Below, piece after piece: positions 34,109 to 45,437 of a stretch of DNA of 64,000 bases (position 1 is its first letter; every line of letters starts with the position of its first letter). The notes under the pieces are model-generated. The model worked only from the letters and a program-made list of their open reading frames with translations. It ran no database searches and was not told the DNA's origin. The position numbers and the translations under genes were made by a program. This DNA comes from Candidatus Hydrogenedentota bacterium (GTDB taxonomy: Bacteria; Hydrogenedentota; Hydrogenedentia; Hydrogenedentales; SLHB01): NCBI GenBank assembly GCA_963745075.1, contig CAVUWV010000036.1, positions 192,001 to 256,000 on the forward strand, given 5' to 3'.

Positions 34109-34332
34109 CGCGACAGGCGACGGGCGTCAGCGAACACATCCTCGGCCGGATACGAAGGAATCTCCCCGCGATCGAAAGCGGCAACCCGACGTTCGATCTC
34201 TTCCGCCCATGCGGCCTCCACTGCGGAAACAGGTGTATGCAGCGACTCCAGCATCGATTCCGCCAATTTCGCCCGCTCCTCGGCCTTCAGCGATCGAGCC
34301 TGCTCTTCAATCTGCTTCAACGAAGTTGACAT
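34105..34332 (-). CDS. Addiction-module antitoxin (TIGR02574-like)
   Basis: ERAKLAESMLESL, AWAEEIERR; AAGGAGG RBS; directly upstream of the toxin. Confidence 0.88.
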   Translation of the reverse strand: MSTSLKQIEEQARSLKAEERAKLAESMLESLHTPVSAVEAAWAEEIERRVAAFDRGEIPSYPAEDVFADARRLSR

Positions 34333-34491
34333 TCTACACCTCCTTACCACCCGCAGAGCCACGAACTCGCTTCAGTTGAATGGCTCAGTATAACACGGAG
34401 CCGCCTGACTTGCACGTGCCCAAAAGAGGTTCTTCGCGAGCAAATCCGCGCTTTCGAACTGTCACGCCTGAGATGGCTTCCCCGCGCCAAC

Positions 34492-36906
34492 TCAATATTC
34501 CACCGATCCGTCTTTCATATCCACCGTCACCGGCCAGTCGGGGTATTCTTTCGCACCGGGTTGGGACGGATCGACCCATCGAGGCCAGCATTCGATGCGG
34601 ACGGTTTGATTGGGTTTGTTGAGGCGGACGATGCCGTAGCCGGTGGCGCGGTCGTAGAGGTCGGACGGCTCGACGCCGGATTTGAGCGGATTTGCCGCGG
34701 CCAGGATGGTCATGTAGTTACCGAAGGCGTCGTGGTACTCGCCGGTGTAGGGCGGGCGGTTCGGGTCCCGGTTCTGGCCTTCGACGGGCGGATACCAGCG
34801 CCGCGGCCAGGTGTTGCCAATGGCCGGCACACAGAAGGCGAAGCCCGCGTCGTTCCACGTGTCCACTCCGTAATGCACGACGATGCCGAGGTGCTGGTCT
34901 CCGGAAATGTGAAAGGCGTTAGCATCGGCCAACGCCCGTACGGCGGCGTTCCGGCCCGACTGGGGCCAGCCGTTTGAGTCGGCGTCGGCGATGAATTTGT
35001 AGTCGTCGTTCAACACATCATGCGGTACCGGCGGCAGGCCCGGCGTGCCTTTGTCGGAATCGAAGTCCTGTGGCAAGGTGGATACGTCATTGAACACGGT
35101 CTGCGATAGCGCGACTTTCATGGCGACGCCTGCGTCCTGTTCCTTCGCCCAGTCGCGCAGGAATTTCAGTTGCGCGTCGCCCAACAGTTTCGCGCCGGGC
35201 ACGTCCGCTTGCGTGGCGGGATCAAAATCCGGATTGTGGAAGAACCCGTTGACCACGTTGCCCTCCGGAATCATATCCGTCGGCGACGATTTGAATTTGC
35301 GATCTTCGATGATTGCGAAGCTGATACCGCCGTACACAAGTTCCGTGTAGTAGACGGTAATCCCCTCGCCGACCGTTCCCGGATTCACCGGATCGGGCAA
35401 GTGACTGGTTTGCGTGCGCTGCACCATATTCACAAAACGGGCCGGCATGGTGTAGCCGCCGGCATCCTGCGTCTCTGCATGACGTCCTCCCGCGCCCCAG
35501 ATGTTGCCGTGGTACACGTCGTGATCGTCGGGCATCGCGACGGCGGGCACGTCGCGGGCCATGTCTCCGAAAACCCAGCACCACCGGTACCACTTGTCCA
35601 AGTAGTCGAGGATAGCCTTATCGATGGGATTCCGCTGCGCGCCCGTGTAATCGCCCTCGTAAATCTGGTCACCGGAGAAGAAGAGAAAATCCGGCTTCTG
35701 GTACTTCACCGCCGCGACGAGTTCGTTATGCGGAAACCAGATGGCGCTGCTGTTGAAGGCCATGGGCGTGCCGGTGTAAATCTTGTTACCGGTAAACGCG
35801 GCAACGGTCAAGGTGTCGCGGTCGACGGGGTCTTTCCGGATTACGCCTTCCCACGTGCAGACCTTCGGCGCTTCGCCGCTACCGCGAAGGTCGTAGACAA
35901 CGCGATAGGGTACGTCGCGCGACGCGTCCCAGCGCTCGACCCGGAACGGCGCGGTGTAGCTGTCTTCCACGATGCGCGTTTCATCTGCAACGGTCCAGTT
36001 GCCATCCGCGTCCATGATCTCCAATCGCGCCGTCTGCGTGTCGTCGGCGCCAAGCGGCGGGAATTGCGCGGTCAGTTTGAGCGTGCCGCGGCTGAGCGTG
36101 TGCAACGCCGCGAAGATGGGCCCGTTGGCGCGTTCCGGATAGGAGACAATCGCGGATCCTTCACTTGCCCAATCGTCGAACCAGTACCCCGTACCGTGGT
36201 GCGAGGTCAGCGCCAGGCTACCGCTGACGAGTTCCGGATCGGTTCCCGGAAGTCTCACGTGACTCAGGAAGTCACCGGTCTCCGCATCCGTCGCGGTAAG
36301 TGTCAGAAAGTACCTGTCGTCACGCCGCTCCCCCGTCAGTTGCAACCAAACCGGCCGCTCCCACGCCTCCGAGAACCCGTTGCCGGCGTGGACGGTCGTC
36401 TGAAGTAGTGGACGTCCCTCCGTCGTGTTATCGCGGAAGAATACTTGTCCCGTGCCATCAATCGCGGCGATCAATCCACCGTCTTCGCCGGTCCATTGGT
36501 GGGTTAACGCCGTAAGCCGGTAGTCCACATCCGGTCCGCCTGCACCGATGAGAAAGCCGGCCCACGTATCGGCGGACCGCGCGCCGCCGGGCCTGAGGGG
36601 CGCGATTACCACGCTGGTCAAAAACTGGCCCTGATCTCCGGTCAATGACTCCGTCAACCGATGCGCGACCCGCAACGGCTTGTTCTGCGCCGACTCGACA
36701 CATTCCAGGCGCTCGTCCTGCACGCGCCAGTCCTGCAATCGATTCGCCCAGAATTCCGGCCCGATCCATGTCCGGTTCGGCACACCGGACCAATCCGCCG
36801 TAAACCCGCCGGCGTAGACGGCTCCGGGCCAAACCACGAAACACATGAAGACGACGAAGAGTAGCATCACATTATTGAATCGTACAGTCCCTAACACGTC
36901 GATCAT
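34492..36906 (-). CDS. Secreted PhoD-like (alkaline phosphatase D family) metallophosphoesterase
   Basis: GDQIYE, DDHDV, DSNGWP, SGDQH motifs; signal peptide; start uncertain. Confidence 0.82.
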   Translation of the reverse strand: MIDVLGTVRFNNVMLLFVVFMCFVVWPGAVYAGGFTADWSGVPNRTWIGPEFWANRLQDWRVQDERLECVESAQNKPLRVAHRLTESLTGDQGQFLTSVVIAPLRPGGARSADTWAGFLIGAGGPDVDYRLTALTHQWTGEDGGLIAAIDGTGQVFFRDNTTEGRPLLQTTVHAGNGFSEAWERPVWLQLTGERRDDRYFLTLTATDAETGDFLSHVRLPGTDPELVSGSLALTSHHGTGYWFDDWASEGSAIVSYPERANGPIFAALHTLSRGTLKLTAQFPPLGADDTQTARLEIMDADGNWTVADETRIVEDSYTAPFRVERWDASRDVPYRVVYDLRGSGEAPKVCTWEGVIRKDPVDRDTLTVAAFTGNKIYTGTPMAFNSSAIWFPHNELVAAVKYQKPDFLFFSGDQIYEGDYTGAQRNPIDKAILDYLDKWYRWCWVFGDMARDVPAVAMPDDHDVYHGNIWGAGGRHAETQDAGGYTMPARFVNMVQRTQTSHLPDPVNPGTVGEGITVYYTELVYGGISFAIIEDRKFKSSPTDMIPEGNVVNGFFHNPDFDPATQADVPGAKLLGDAQLKFLRDWAKEQDAGVAMKVALSQTVFNDVSTLPQDFDSDKGTPGLPPVPHDVLNDDYKFIADADSNGWPQSGRNAAVRALADANAFHISGDQHLGIVVHYGVDTWNDAGFAFCVPAIGNTWPRRWYPPVEGQNRDPNRPPYTGEYHDAFGNYMTILAAANPLKSGVEPSDLYDRATGYGIVRLNKPNQTVRIECWPRWVDPSQPGAKEYPDWPVTVDMKDGSVEY

Positions 36907-36960
36907 TCTCCCCAAGAATCTAAACGAATCGTTTTACCTTGCATGTGAAAAGTAGTTCGA

Positions 36961-37773
36961 CTAACCGGCAAGTCGCGGATACGCGCCGCGGATGCTTCCC
37001 GCGTGGAATGTAATCCCATTTGCTGCGACTAACGCTCTCAGGTCGTTGGGCTCGACGGTGCATAGCGCCCCCTCCCGGTCGAGGACGCACGTACCCGAAC
37101 GGTCCGACGGCAAAACGGAAACAACGTCAAGCGCCTGCGCCAGCATCTCCTGCCACTTTCGCGCCAGAATCGTCGCGTCGGGAGCGGTGTCGGCAAACTC
37201 GAGTTCGTCCAATTCGGTCTGCGTGTAACGCGATGACCGTCCGGCTCCCTCCAGGATGCTTGCCGGCCCGAAAGCCGGATCCTTGCCGCAAGCCGCCCAC
37301 ACCAGATACCCCAGTGGCTGGATACGGTCATGGCACGTCATCACGTCGATCCAGTCTCGCGCCTCGAGCCGGCCCACCAGGGCCAAGACCTTATTCGTCG
37401 CCAAATCGAACGGGTGCAATGTCAGTCCGAGCTGCTCGTGCGTAACCAAGGGGAAGAAGCGGAATGCACTGTCCCGCGCCCATTGCACCAAAACCCTTTC
37501 GGAACCTTTGACGACCTCCGCCTCGACGTACCCGGTGCGTTCTCGCACCAGACGAACCTGGTAATCGTTTTGTTCGAGCAACGTGCGATCGGCGTCCCAG
37601 GTCTTCTCCAGCGCTTCTTCCGTATCGTGAAACAGGTCGATATCCCGCGAAATCCGGGTACCTCCCGTCAAGAGGTTCAGCGCCACGCCGCCTGCAACGT
37701 AGCTTTCACCCTGCTCGATGCGGTTGCGGGCTATGAGACCGCAGACGGATTGTTGGAATTCGGTGAGAGACAT
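36961..37773 (-). CDS. Nucleotidyltransferase-fold protein, AbiEii-like toxin
   Basis: YVAGGVAL, RISRDIDLF, ATNKVLAL..R.E.RDWID. Confidence 0.72.
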   Translation of the reverse strand: MSLTEFQQSVCGLIARNRIEQGESYVAGGVALNLLTGGTRISRDIDLFHDTEEALEKTWDADRTLLEQNDYQVRLVRERTGYVEAEVVKGSERVLVQWARDSAFRFFPLVTHEQLGLTLHPFDLATNKVLALVGRLEARDWIDVMTCHDRIQPLGYLVWAACGKDPAFGPASILEGAGRSSRYTQTELDELEFADTAPDATILARKWQEMLAQALDVVSVLPSDRSGTCVLDREGALCTVEPNDLRALVAANGITFHAGSIRGAYPRLAG

Positions 37774-37961
37774 TGCACCAATTCACCCGCTTTGGAAAAG
37801 GCTTCCCGATCGCCGTGTCGCTGGATGTTCTTCAGGACGCGCAGGGCGTCTTCAACCGTTTCAGGATAATAGTCTTCGCGAAGAAACCAGAGGCATCGAA
37901 CCCGATAGGCGTCCACGAGCTCGTTGATACGGGTTGACATATCGTTGGAGAATTTAGCCAT
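37731..37961 (-). CDS. Small hypothetical protein, probable antitoxin partner
   Basis: 76 aa (CLWFLREDY, IQRHGD) overlapping the start of the NTase gene. Confidence 0.65.
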   Translation of the reverse strand: MAKFSNDMSTRINELVDAYRVRCLWFLREDYYPETVEDALRVLKNIQRHGDREAFSKAGELVQCLSPNSNNPSAVS

Positions 37962-38003
37962 GACGGGATCATGCTAACACGGACCAGCGCGGGCCTCAAA
38001 CGT

Positions 38004-38777
38004 TTACGGCCGTTCCAAACCACCCTTCGCCAATCGCTCGATATTCCACAGTTTCGCGTACTTCGTGAACACCGAGAAGGCCGCCAACCCGCACAACACC
38101 GCGCCGTGATAGCCATCGAGCAATCCACGGCGAAGGAGGTACATCTTAATGAAGCGTGAAACCGGCCGAAGCGTCAAATCGACCAACGAGGTCCGTTTGC
38201 CCTTGTCGAAGAGATCCTGCGCCGACCACGTCGTGAAGCGCTGAAACGTGCGAAAATACTCCTCAAAATTCCGCTTGTCGTCGTGATACATGACCTCGTT
38301 GATGCAGCCCATGGCGCCGTCCACGTCGATGGTGGCGTGCACGCGCTGCTCCCGGTAGCGGCCTTTCTTCGCGCGAAACAGCCGCACGTTGTAGTCGTGG
38401 TCCCAACCGCAGTGTTCGATCAACTTCCCGAAGAAGTACGACATCCGTTTGATGCGATACCCGTCGTACCGCTCCGAATTCTGAATGACCTCTTTGATCC
38501 GGTCCGCCAGTTCCGGCGATACCCATTCGTCCGCATCCAGCACCAGGGCCCATTCGGTTTCAATCTGTGGGATGGCCCAATTGCACTGGTCCGCCTTGTT
38601 CACGTATTCGTGCGTGACCACGTGCGACGAATACCGGCGCGCGACCTTGTCTGACCCGTCCGACGTGTTGGGGTCGACGACGCAGAAGATGTCGTCGGCC
38701 CATTCCACACTTTTCAAACAGCGCTCAAGGCGGTCGCCCGCATCCGGTATCAGGATCAAGACAGTCAATGAACTCAT
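38004..38777 (-). CDS. GT2 glycosyltransferase (WaaE/beta-glucosyltransferase-like)
   Basis: CLKSVEWAD, WALVLDADE, RLF, VH, GLLDG motifs. Confidence 0.88.
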   Translation of the reverse strand: MSSLTVLILIPDAGDRLERCLKSVEWADDIFCVVDPNTSDGSDKVARRYSSHVVTHEYVNKADQCNWAIPQIETEWALVLDADEWVSPELADRIKEVIQNSERYDGYRIKRMSYFFGKLIEHCGWDHDYNVRLFRAKKGRYREQRVHATIDVDGAMGCINEVMYHDDKRNFEEYFRTFQRFTTWSAQDLFDKGKRTSLVDLTLRPVSRFIKMYLLRRGLLDGYHGAVLCGLAAFSVFTKYAKLWNIERLAKGGLERP

Positions 38778-38903
38778 GGGGACAAATGAGGCTCCTTTCC
38801 ACGAAGGACAGCATGGGCCAAGAAAGGGCAATCAATCAACCGCATCCACCAACGTCTGGAGTGAACCTGGCCGGCAAATCCAACGTCGAGGTCTCGGCAT
38901 CGG

Positions 38904-40229
38904 CTAGAAGCCCAACGAGATATAGTCTTTGGGAAGGCGTGTTACCTCGAAGAGATTTGCGATGAGTTCGTTCCGTTCGCCCGAGCGGTGCGGGTTGTAG
39001 AACTCCCACACGACGCGACCCTCGGAGGTCACCTCAAACGCTCGTCCGTTATTTGTTTCCGTGATTAGCGTGTTTCCGTTTGGAAGGCGTTGGGCTGCGC
39101 TGCAAAATTCACTGTAGAAGGGGGCTTTCTCCGTACCTTGGTACGTCCACGTAATCTGCTGGGTCAATGGGTCGATTTCCACAACACGCGATGCCCCGCC
39201 AAGGCTTTGGTTGTCGAAGACGAGCAGATTTCCATTCTCAAGTGGGACCGGCTGGTGCTGTTTGGACCAAAGGCCCGTGAGTGCCCACACAACCCGGCGC
39301 TTTTCAACGTCGATGATCGCAATTGTGTTCAGTCTCCAGACGGAGACCAGGACATTGCCGGCCTTCAGGAATGGAGCCCGGTCCGCGTGGCGTCCGTCCA
39401 ACACACGTACTGTGTTGGTGTGAAAGACATCGCCGCCATGAGGCATGAAATCCAACAAGGAGGCGTAGTCCGAGTGTTCGAAACACTCCAATAGCGAAAT
39501 CTTCTCTTGCACCAAACCGTCGGCGCTGAGGTAGACGAAGAAATCCTCGGCAATGGGTTCTCGACTATTCCAGCGGGGAATGACATGAACTTTGCGGCTG
39601 AGGGTGGCAATTCGTCCATCGGGCAATATCTGTATGTCGTGGTGAAACCCGCCCTTGTTCGCCCAGAGCAGATTCGAGTCCTTATCCAGTTTGATCATGG
39701 CGATGCCGTCGAAGATCGCGATCACGTCGCCATTGGGCAGGAGCCGCGCTCGGCGCCAGTGGGATTCGCCGACGGGCGGGAGGACTTTTGGAGGCGAATA
39801 GTCGGGCCAGAAATCACGGAAGTCGTAGTGCCACGTGTGCAACACCCGCCCCCGCATGTCCATTAGAGTCGCCTCGGAATCGTGCCCGGACACGTAGAAA
39901 TTCAATCCATCCCAAGCCGCCTCGGCATCAAATACGGTGACATCCGAGACCGCCGGCGCCGGATTCACCCCCCCTGCATAGCCGAGGGCATCGAGAGCGG
40001 CCGCGTCTTCGGGCGCGACGCGCCCAGTCGCGGGCGGTGCATCGCGGGCCATGGACCATTGTGCGGAGAGAGCCGGACGCGGAGCGGGAGCATGCGCGGT
40101 ACCGGTCACATTCCGCAACCAATCCCGCGCCTCAAGGGGGATCCACTCGTTTCTATGCGTCAGGTATCCAATCGCAAAGGAGAAAAGGAGTGCAAGACCC
40201 GTAAACGCTGCAATGAGGGTTCGCCGCAT
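38904..40229 (-). CDS. Arylsulfotransferase-family beta-propeller protein
   Basis: HHD, FHTN, QHQP, LVFDN, AQRLPNGNTLITE, VVWEF. Confidence 0.82.
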   Translation of the reverse strand: MRRTLIAAFTGLALLFSFAIGYLTHRNEWIPLEARDWLRNVTGTAHAPAPRPALSAQWSMARDAPPATGRVAPEDAAALDALGYAGGVNPAPAVSDVTVFDAEAAWDGLNFYVSGHDSEATLMDMRGRVLHTWHYDFRDFWPDYSPPKVLPPVGESHWRRARLLPNGDVIAIFDGIAMIKLDKDSNLLWANKGGFHHDIQILPDGRIATLSRKVHVIPRWNSREPIAEDFFVYLSADGLVQEKISLLECFEHSDYASLLDFMPHGGDVFHTNTVRVLDGRHADRAPFLKAGNVLVSVWRLNTIAIIDVEKRRVVWALTGLWSKQHQPVPLENGNLLVFDNQSLGGASRVVEIDPLTQQITWTYQGTEKAPFYSEFCSAAQRLPNGNTLITETNNGRAFEVTSEGRVVWEFYNPHRSGERNELIANLFEVTRLPKDYISLGF

Positions 40230-40374
40230 CAAGTAGTTGTCCTTCCCGAAGTTCCGATTTCTGAACCCGCCGACAAACCCTTCCCGGCGGCGAGCACTCT
40301 ATTCTAGTCACAGCGACGACCCATTCTGAAGCGAATCGAGAAGAGTATTCGCGGCGTTGAGTTGATGTCCTCGA

Positions 40375-41097
40375 CTATGCGCGAAGCCCGAGCATGGGCA
40401 ATAATTCCCCGAGACAATGGATATACCGGCCCGATTCAACCGGATAATCGGCACGCGTGCCATCGTGATCGATCAGGATCGCCTCCAGTCCCGCCGTACG
40501 TGCGCCGGTGTAGTCATTCTCCAGCGTATCCCCCACAAACACGGCACATTCGGGCATGCAGGCCGCCCGTGCAAGCGCTTCGCCGAAAATCGCGGGGTCC
40601 GGTTTGTGAGCGCCGACTTCCTCTGACACCAACGCGAAATCTACAAGTCCGTCCAGCCTGTGACGATCGATCTTCATCCGCTGGATGCAACTGAACCCGT
40701 TCGTCACGATGCCCAGGCGATATCCTTCACGACGGAGCCGGGTCAACACGGGAACGGTATCCGGCAAAATCTGCGTCGATGCGAGGATGCGCGCATCGGT
40801 GTGCTCCAAAAGACGCGGCGCCAGCGCGGGGTCTGCGTCCAGTACACGAAGCGTATTGATGAACGTGTATCGTCGCGCCACGTCGCCGGGCAACGCCCCG
40901 TCCACCATCATGCACCACATATCCACCGCCTTGTCCCAGAGCGTGGCCCAGTATTCGTCAAAAGACAGGGGATCTAACGCCTCGGAAAACGCGTCGTACG
41001 TCTCGCGCGCAACGTCTTCGAACGTCCGCGTGTTATGAATCAGCGTTTCGTCCATGTCAAACAGGACGGCTTGAATGCCATTAAACGTCACGCTCAA
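40375..41097 (-). CDS. HAD-superfamily hydrolase
   Basis: FDMDETL, VTNG, KPDPAIF, VGDTLEND. Confidence 0.9.
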   Translation of the reverse strand: MSVTFNGIQAVLFDMDETLIHNTRTFEDVARETYDAFSEALDPLSFDEYWATLWDKAVDMWCMMVDGALPGDVARRYTFINTLRVLDADPALAPRLLEHTDARILASTQILPDTVPVLTRLRREGYRLGIVTNGFSCIQRMKIDRHRLDGLVDFALVSEEVGAHKPDPAIFGEALARAACMPECAVFVGDTLENDYTGARTAGLEAILIDHDGTRADYPVESGRYIHCLGELLPMLGLRA

Positions 41098-41690
41098 TCG
41101 GATCCCTTCGATTTCCTGTCCGCTTTGGCGAGATGCGCCCTGTAGATCGTCGGGTAGTCCGTCCGCACCCACCCCGAAAAGGGTTTGTCGCTGCCTTCGT
41201 ATAGGTCCAGCAGAGTGCCGATGGGCGCGCCCGCAAAGTAAATGCCGAACTGTTGGCGCGCGATCTTCACGTCGGCCCCTTTGTAGAGTTCGTAGCACGC
41301 CGACGCCACGCCCGCCCGGTGAATGCCCGCCTGACAGTGCACCAGGATCGGTTTCTCCGCGGTTTCGTACCAGTCGAGAAGTCGCTGGAGCGATTCCGGC
41401 TCCGGGATGTGCCGCATGGACCATGGCAGGTCGTAGTGTGCCACACCAAGCTCAGCGCATTTGGCGACCTCGTTGCGGTGCCATGCTTCGTCTTCGTTGA
41501 CGCCCCGCAGACTGATCACGGTCTTGATGCCATGCTTTTGGATTGCGTACTCCAGCCGCTCGGGCGACATCTGCGCGGACCGCCAGAGTTCATCCCGTTC
41601 CACCGGGCGCAGGTTGTCGTTGAACAACGTGCATCCCGCCGTAAGGAGCAGTGCGACGATGATCGGGATTCCATAGTTGTTGTGTGGCAT
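41094..41690 (-). CDS. Protein tyrosine/dual-specificity phosphatase-like lipoprotein
   Basis: Lipobox LTAGC, RSAQ, KTVISLRG, HCQAGIHR (CX5R). Confidence 0.85.
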   Translation of the reverse strand: MPHNNYGIPIIVALLLTAGCTLFNDNLRPVERDELWRSAQMSPERLEYAIQKHGIKTVISLRGVNEDEAWHRNEVAKCAELGVAHYDLPWSMRHIPEPESLQRLLDWYETAEKPILVHCQAGIHRAGVASACYELYKGADVKIARQQFGIYFAGAPIGTLLDLYEGSDKPFSGWVRTDYPTIYRAHLAKADRKSKGSD

Positions 41691-41724
41691 GGCCTTAACG
41701 GTCTTGCATGCTATACTGTGCGGC

Positions 41725-43988
41725 ATGAAACGATACAACCTCTTCCTATTCATTTGCTTGTTCGCTTTTGCACTCATTGTGCCGGTCGTTAATGCCGATG
41801 AAACGGAACTCGGCGACATCGCCTTGCATCAGGCGGTACTCGATCTCAGCACCGATCTGCGCCTCATGTGCGTCGCGGCCCATCCCGACGACGAGGACGG
41901 CGCGACCCTCGCCATGTACCGCAAAAAGTACGGCTACCATACCATCGCAGTCATCGCCACACACGGCGAAGGCGGTCAAAACGAAATCGGACCCGAACTG
42001 TACAACGAACTGGGGGTCATTCGCACGCACGAGATGATGCGGGCGTCAGCGATAACCGGCGCCGAACTCCATTTCCTGAACCTGCCGGAATTCGGGTACT
42101 CGAAATCGCCGGAGGAAACCTTCGCGATTTGGGGTCACGAGGAAACCGTGCGCCGGCTCGTACGCGTGATTCGAGAGACGCGGCCCGACGTCATCATTTC
42201 GAACCACGGTTTGTACAAAGACCACGGACATCATCAGGCCGTGGGCATCGCGTTGCAGGAAGCCTTCGACGCCGCGGGTGATCCGACGCAATTCACCGAG
42301 TTGGCCCAGGAGGGTCTGGAACCCTGGCATCCGCAACGCTTATACCTGCGTACCTGGGAACCGACGCCCGATTCCGTGACCATCGACATCAACGAGCTGG
42401 ATCCGACGCGGGGCAAAACCTATGCGGAGATCGCCGCTGCCGCATTGCAAGAGCACAAGTCCCAGGGCATGCAATTCTTCATCGACCGGTATCTCAACGG
42501 CACAATCCCTGCCCACTACATCCTGAAAAAGGAAAAACTTCACATCGGCGTGCCCGGGCAACCCCTGGACACGTCGCGCGGCATCTTGTTCGCCGGACTC
42601 CACGATCGAAATGCGCTCGATACGCAACGCGAATGCCGCGATCGCGTCGCCGCATTGCAGGATGAGCTGCAACTCAAGGCGACCGCAGACGACACCCGCG
42701 CGGTGCCCGGCCAGACGGTATCCGTCACTGTGGAAGTCACGGATTACGGATCCCCCGAGGCGCAGAGCGTCCGCTTCAGCATCGAACCCCGGCCCTGGAG
42801 CGGCATCACAGCGCCGGACGATGCCATCGGGAAGATGGAAGAGCAGAAGACGGTCATCGCGCATCTTCCCGTGCGCATCCCGGATGACGCGGCGATTACC
42901 GTGCCGCCCGCGGACCATTTGTTCGACGCTCATTTCCTGGAACCCCAGTTCAACGTCGTGGCCAAAGTCACGGCGGGAACGGATGCGCTGGACCTGCGTC
43001 TGCCCGTCACGCTGGAAGTCGCGCGTCCCGTGGACATTCGCCTTTGCAGGCGGCCCCTATCTCGTGCGGCGCGGCGTGGACAAGGAATGCACGTTCAACG
43101 TGCTGCTCACGAACAATACGCCCGGCCCCTATTCCGGCGCGGTCGGTCTTCTCCATGGCGCCCGGCTTCATGATCGACAAGCAGCGGGCCGAGTTCTCCT
43201 TCGACGCGGAAGGCGATCAGAAGATCATCCCCGTCACGGCAGTAGTCGGTGAAAACCTCGAGCCGCGCGACTACTGGATGAACGTGCTCGTGGAAGGCGA
43301 GACGGAACCGCACTTTGGTTTTGCGCGGATCGTGGACGTTCAGATTCCCGACGGTCTGAAGGTGGGCGTCATTCAAAGTTACGACGACACCTTCATGGCC
43401 ACGCTCGACCGGTTGCACGTACCGCACGAGGCCCTGTCCATCGAAGACTTCTCACCCGCCCGGCTGGATACGTTTACCTCGATCATCGTCGACATCCGCG
43501 CCTACCTCGTGCGACCCGATCTCGTCGCCAACAATCAGGCCCTGCTCGACTACGCGAAACGTGGCGGCAGCGTGCTCGTGATGTATCAGAAGACTCAGGA
43601 ATGGAAACCCGAATACGCGCCCTATCCGATTCACGTGTCGCACAACCGCGTTACCTTGGAAGACGCGCCCATGACGGTGCTGGCGCCCGACAACCCCATC
43701 TTCACCACGCCCAATCCGATCGGCGAGGAAGACTGGGCCGGATGGATTCAGGAGCGTGGCCTGTACTTCCCGGACCAGTGGGCCGAACAGTACACACCCC
43801 TGGTGGCGTGTTCGGACCCCGGCGAGGACATCCCGCCGGGCAGTCTCTTGTATGCGAACGTGGGGGACGGCGACTACCTGTATTGTGCGCTGGGATTGTA
43901 CCGGCAGATCCGGGAACTGAACCCCGGGGCGCTGCGGCTTCTCGCCAACATGCTGGCGCTTGGCGCGTCCGTGCCCGCAACCGAATAG
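41725..43988 (+). CDS. Secreted PIG-L/LmbE family deacetylase with C-terminal domains; frameshifts near 43038 and 43145
   Basis: AHPDDED, GEGGQNEIG, HGHHQA; C-terminal WIQERGLYF, LYRQ, LLANML. Confidence 0.85.
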
Positions 43989-43991
43989 ACC

Positions 43992-45005
43992 ATGGCCAGA
44001 GAAGGTTCACTCTATAACCCGCCCACGTTCCCGACGTGGCGGAATGTGGCGATCCGCGGCAGCATGATCGTGGGGTTGCTTCTGATCGCCACCACGGCCA
44101 TGTGGTGGGAGGAAGGTCTCGTCATCCACAAAACGGGCCAGCCTCCGGGATTCTTCGATACCCTCTACTTCATCATCATCACGATCACCACCGTCGGCTA
44201 CGGAGACATAACCCCGGATCGGACCATCACCCGCCTCACCGACGCCTTCTTGCTCACCCCCATTCGGCTGGTCGTCATCTTCACCCTGTTCGGGACCGCT
44301 TATCAGTTCGTGTTCCGGCGCTTTCAGGAGGAATATCGCTTGAAACACATCATCGAGAAGCTGAACCGCCACACCATCCTCTGCGGCTTCGGCGGAACCG
44401 GTTCCGCCGTGGCCAACGAACTCCTCTTGCAGGGTACGCCCCCCGACCAAATCATCGTCGTCGATACCGATGAGATCGCGTTACAAGCCGCGACCGCCAT
44501 GAACCTCGCCGCCATCAAAGGGGACGCGACAAAGGAAGGCGTGCTCAAGACCGTCGCCATCGAACGCGCCGCCCACGTCATCATCAGCGCGGGCCGCGAT
44601 GACACCTCGGTCCTCATCGCCCTCACCGCCCAGGACCTCAATCCCGACTGCCACATCATCGCCATGTGCCATGAAGCCGAAAACGTCAAACTGCTGCAAC
44701 GCAGCGGCGCACGCACCATCGTCTCCTCCGCCACCGCCGGCGGCAACCTCATGGCCGCTGCGACCCGCCGCCCCCACCTCGCCGAAGTCATGAAAGACCT
44801 ACTCTCCGTCGGCGGCGCCCTCCGCATGGACGAACGCACCGTCCGCCCCGAAGAGGTCGGCAAACACCCCCACGACCTCCCCGGCATCTGCGTCCTCCGC
44901 GTTTTCCGTGGAACGGATCACTTCGATGGCGTTGCGTTCCCCGCGCTGGAATCTGGCGATGTGCTCGTCTACGTCGCGAGCGAAAATAATGAAGCCTCGG
45001 ACTAA
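43992..45005 (+). CDS. Potassium channel with RCK (TrkA-N) domain
   Basis: TTVGYGD selectivity filter, CGFGGTG Rossmann motif, GDAT. Confidence 0.92.
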   Translation: MAREGSLYNPPTFPTWRNVAIRGSMIVGLLLIATTAMWWEEGLVIHKTGQPPGFFDTLYFIIITITTVGYGDITPDRTITRLTDAFLLTPIRLVVIFTLFGTAYQFVFRRFQEEYRLKHIIEKLNRHTILCGFGGTGSAVANELLLQGTPPDQIIVVDTDEIALQAATAMNLAAIKGDATKEGVLKTVAIERAAHVIISAGRDDTSVLIALTAQDLNPDCHIIAMCHEAENVKLLQRSGARTIVSSATAGGNLMAAATRRPHLAEVMKDLLSVGGALRMDERTVRPEEVGKHPHDLPGICVLRVFRGTDHFDGVAFPALESGDVLVYVASENNEASD

Positions 45006-45437
45006 CACAGCGCGGCGCAGCCGAAAGCTAGTACGGGTCCGCTGGTACCGGCCCACTACCTCTTGAAGGCTTCCGCTCCCAAGTAGGATGGGTATGATTC
45101 CCGTCCGGTCCCATTCTCCCCCCCTCTAGGCTCGCAGCATTCCCACATATTCACCCCGAACATACGGGCTAACCAAACCGGACAATACCTCAGAATTCCC
45201 TGGACGGGAACCATTCCCATCCTACTTTGCTTGCGGTATTGGTGGCTCAAAGCGCCCTTGATCGATGCGGTAGATTCTAACGATGTTGACGGATAGGGAC
45301 CCCTGATTCCGCAAGCCCTGGAACGGCGGTGGAATCTCGCCATGATCAATTGCGGCAGAAATTCAAAATTCGGACGGAGAGTAGTCGTCCGTTTCAATTG
45401 AGCTTAAGGGTGGGTTCCGAAGTGCGGCGGCCAAAGT

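Noticed and set aside
31826..37961. que genes next to TA modules as a 7-deazaguanine DNA-modification (dpd) island
   Set aside because: No dpdA/tgt-like or dpdB-K genes in the window; ordinary queuosine synthesis is sufficient.
45056..45397. 113-aa minus-strand ORF and neighbouring short ORFs
   Set aside because: No motif or RBS, atypical composition, and located next to a repeat-rich intergenic region.
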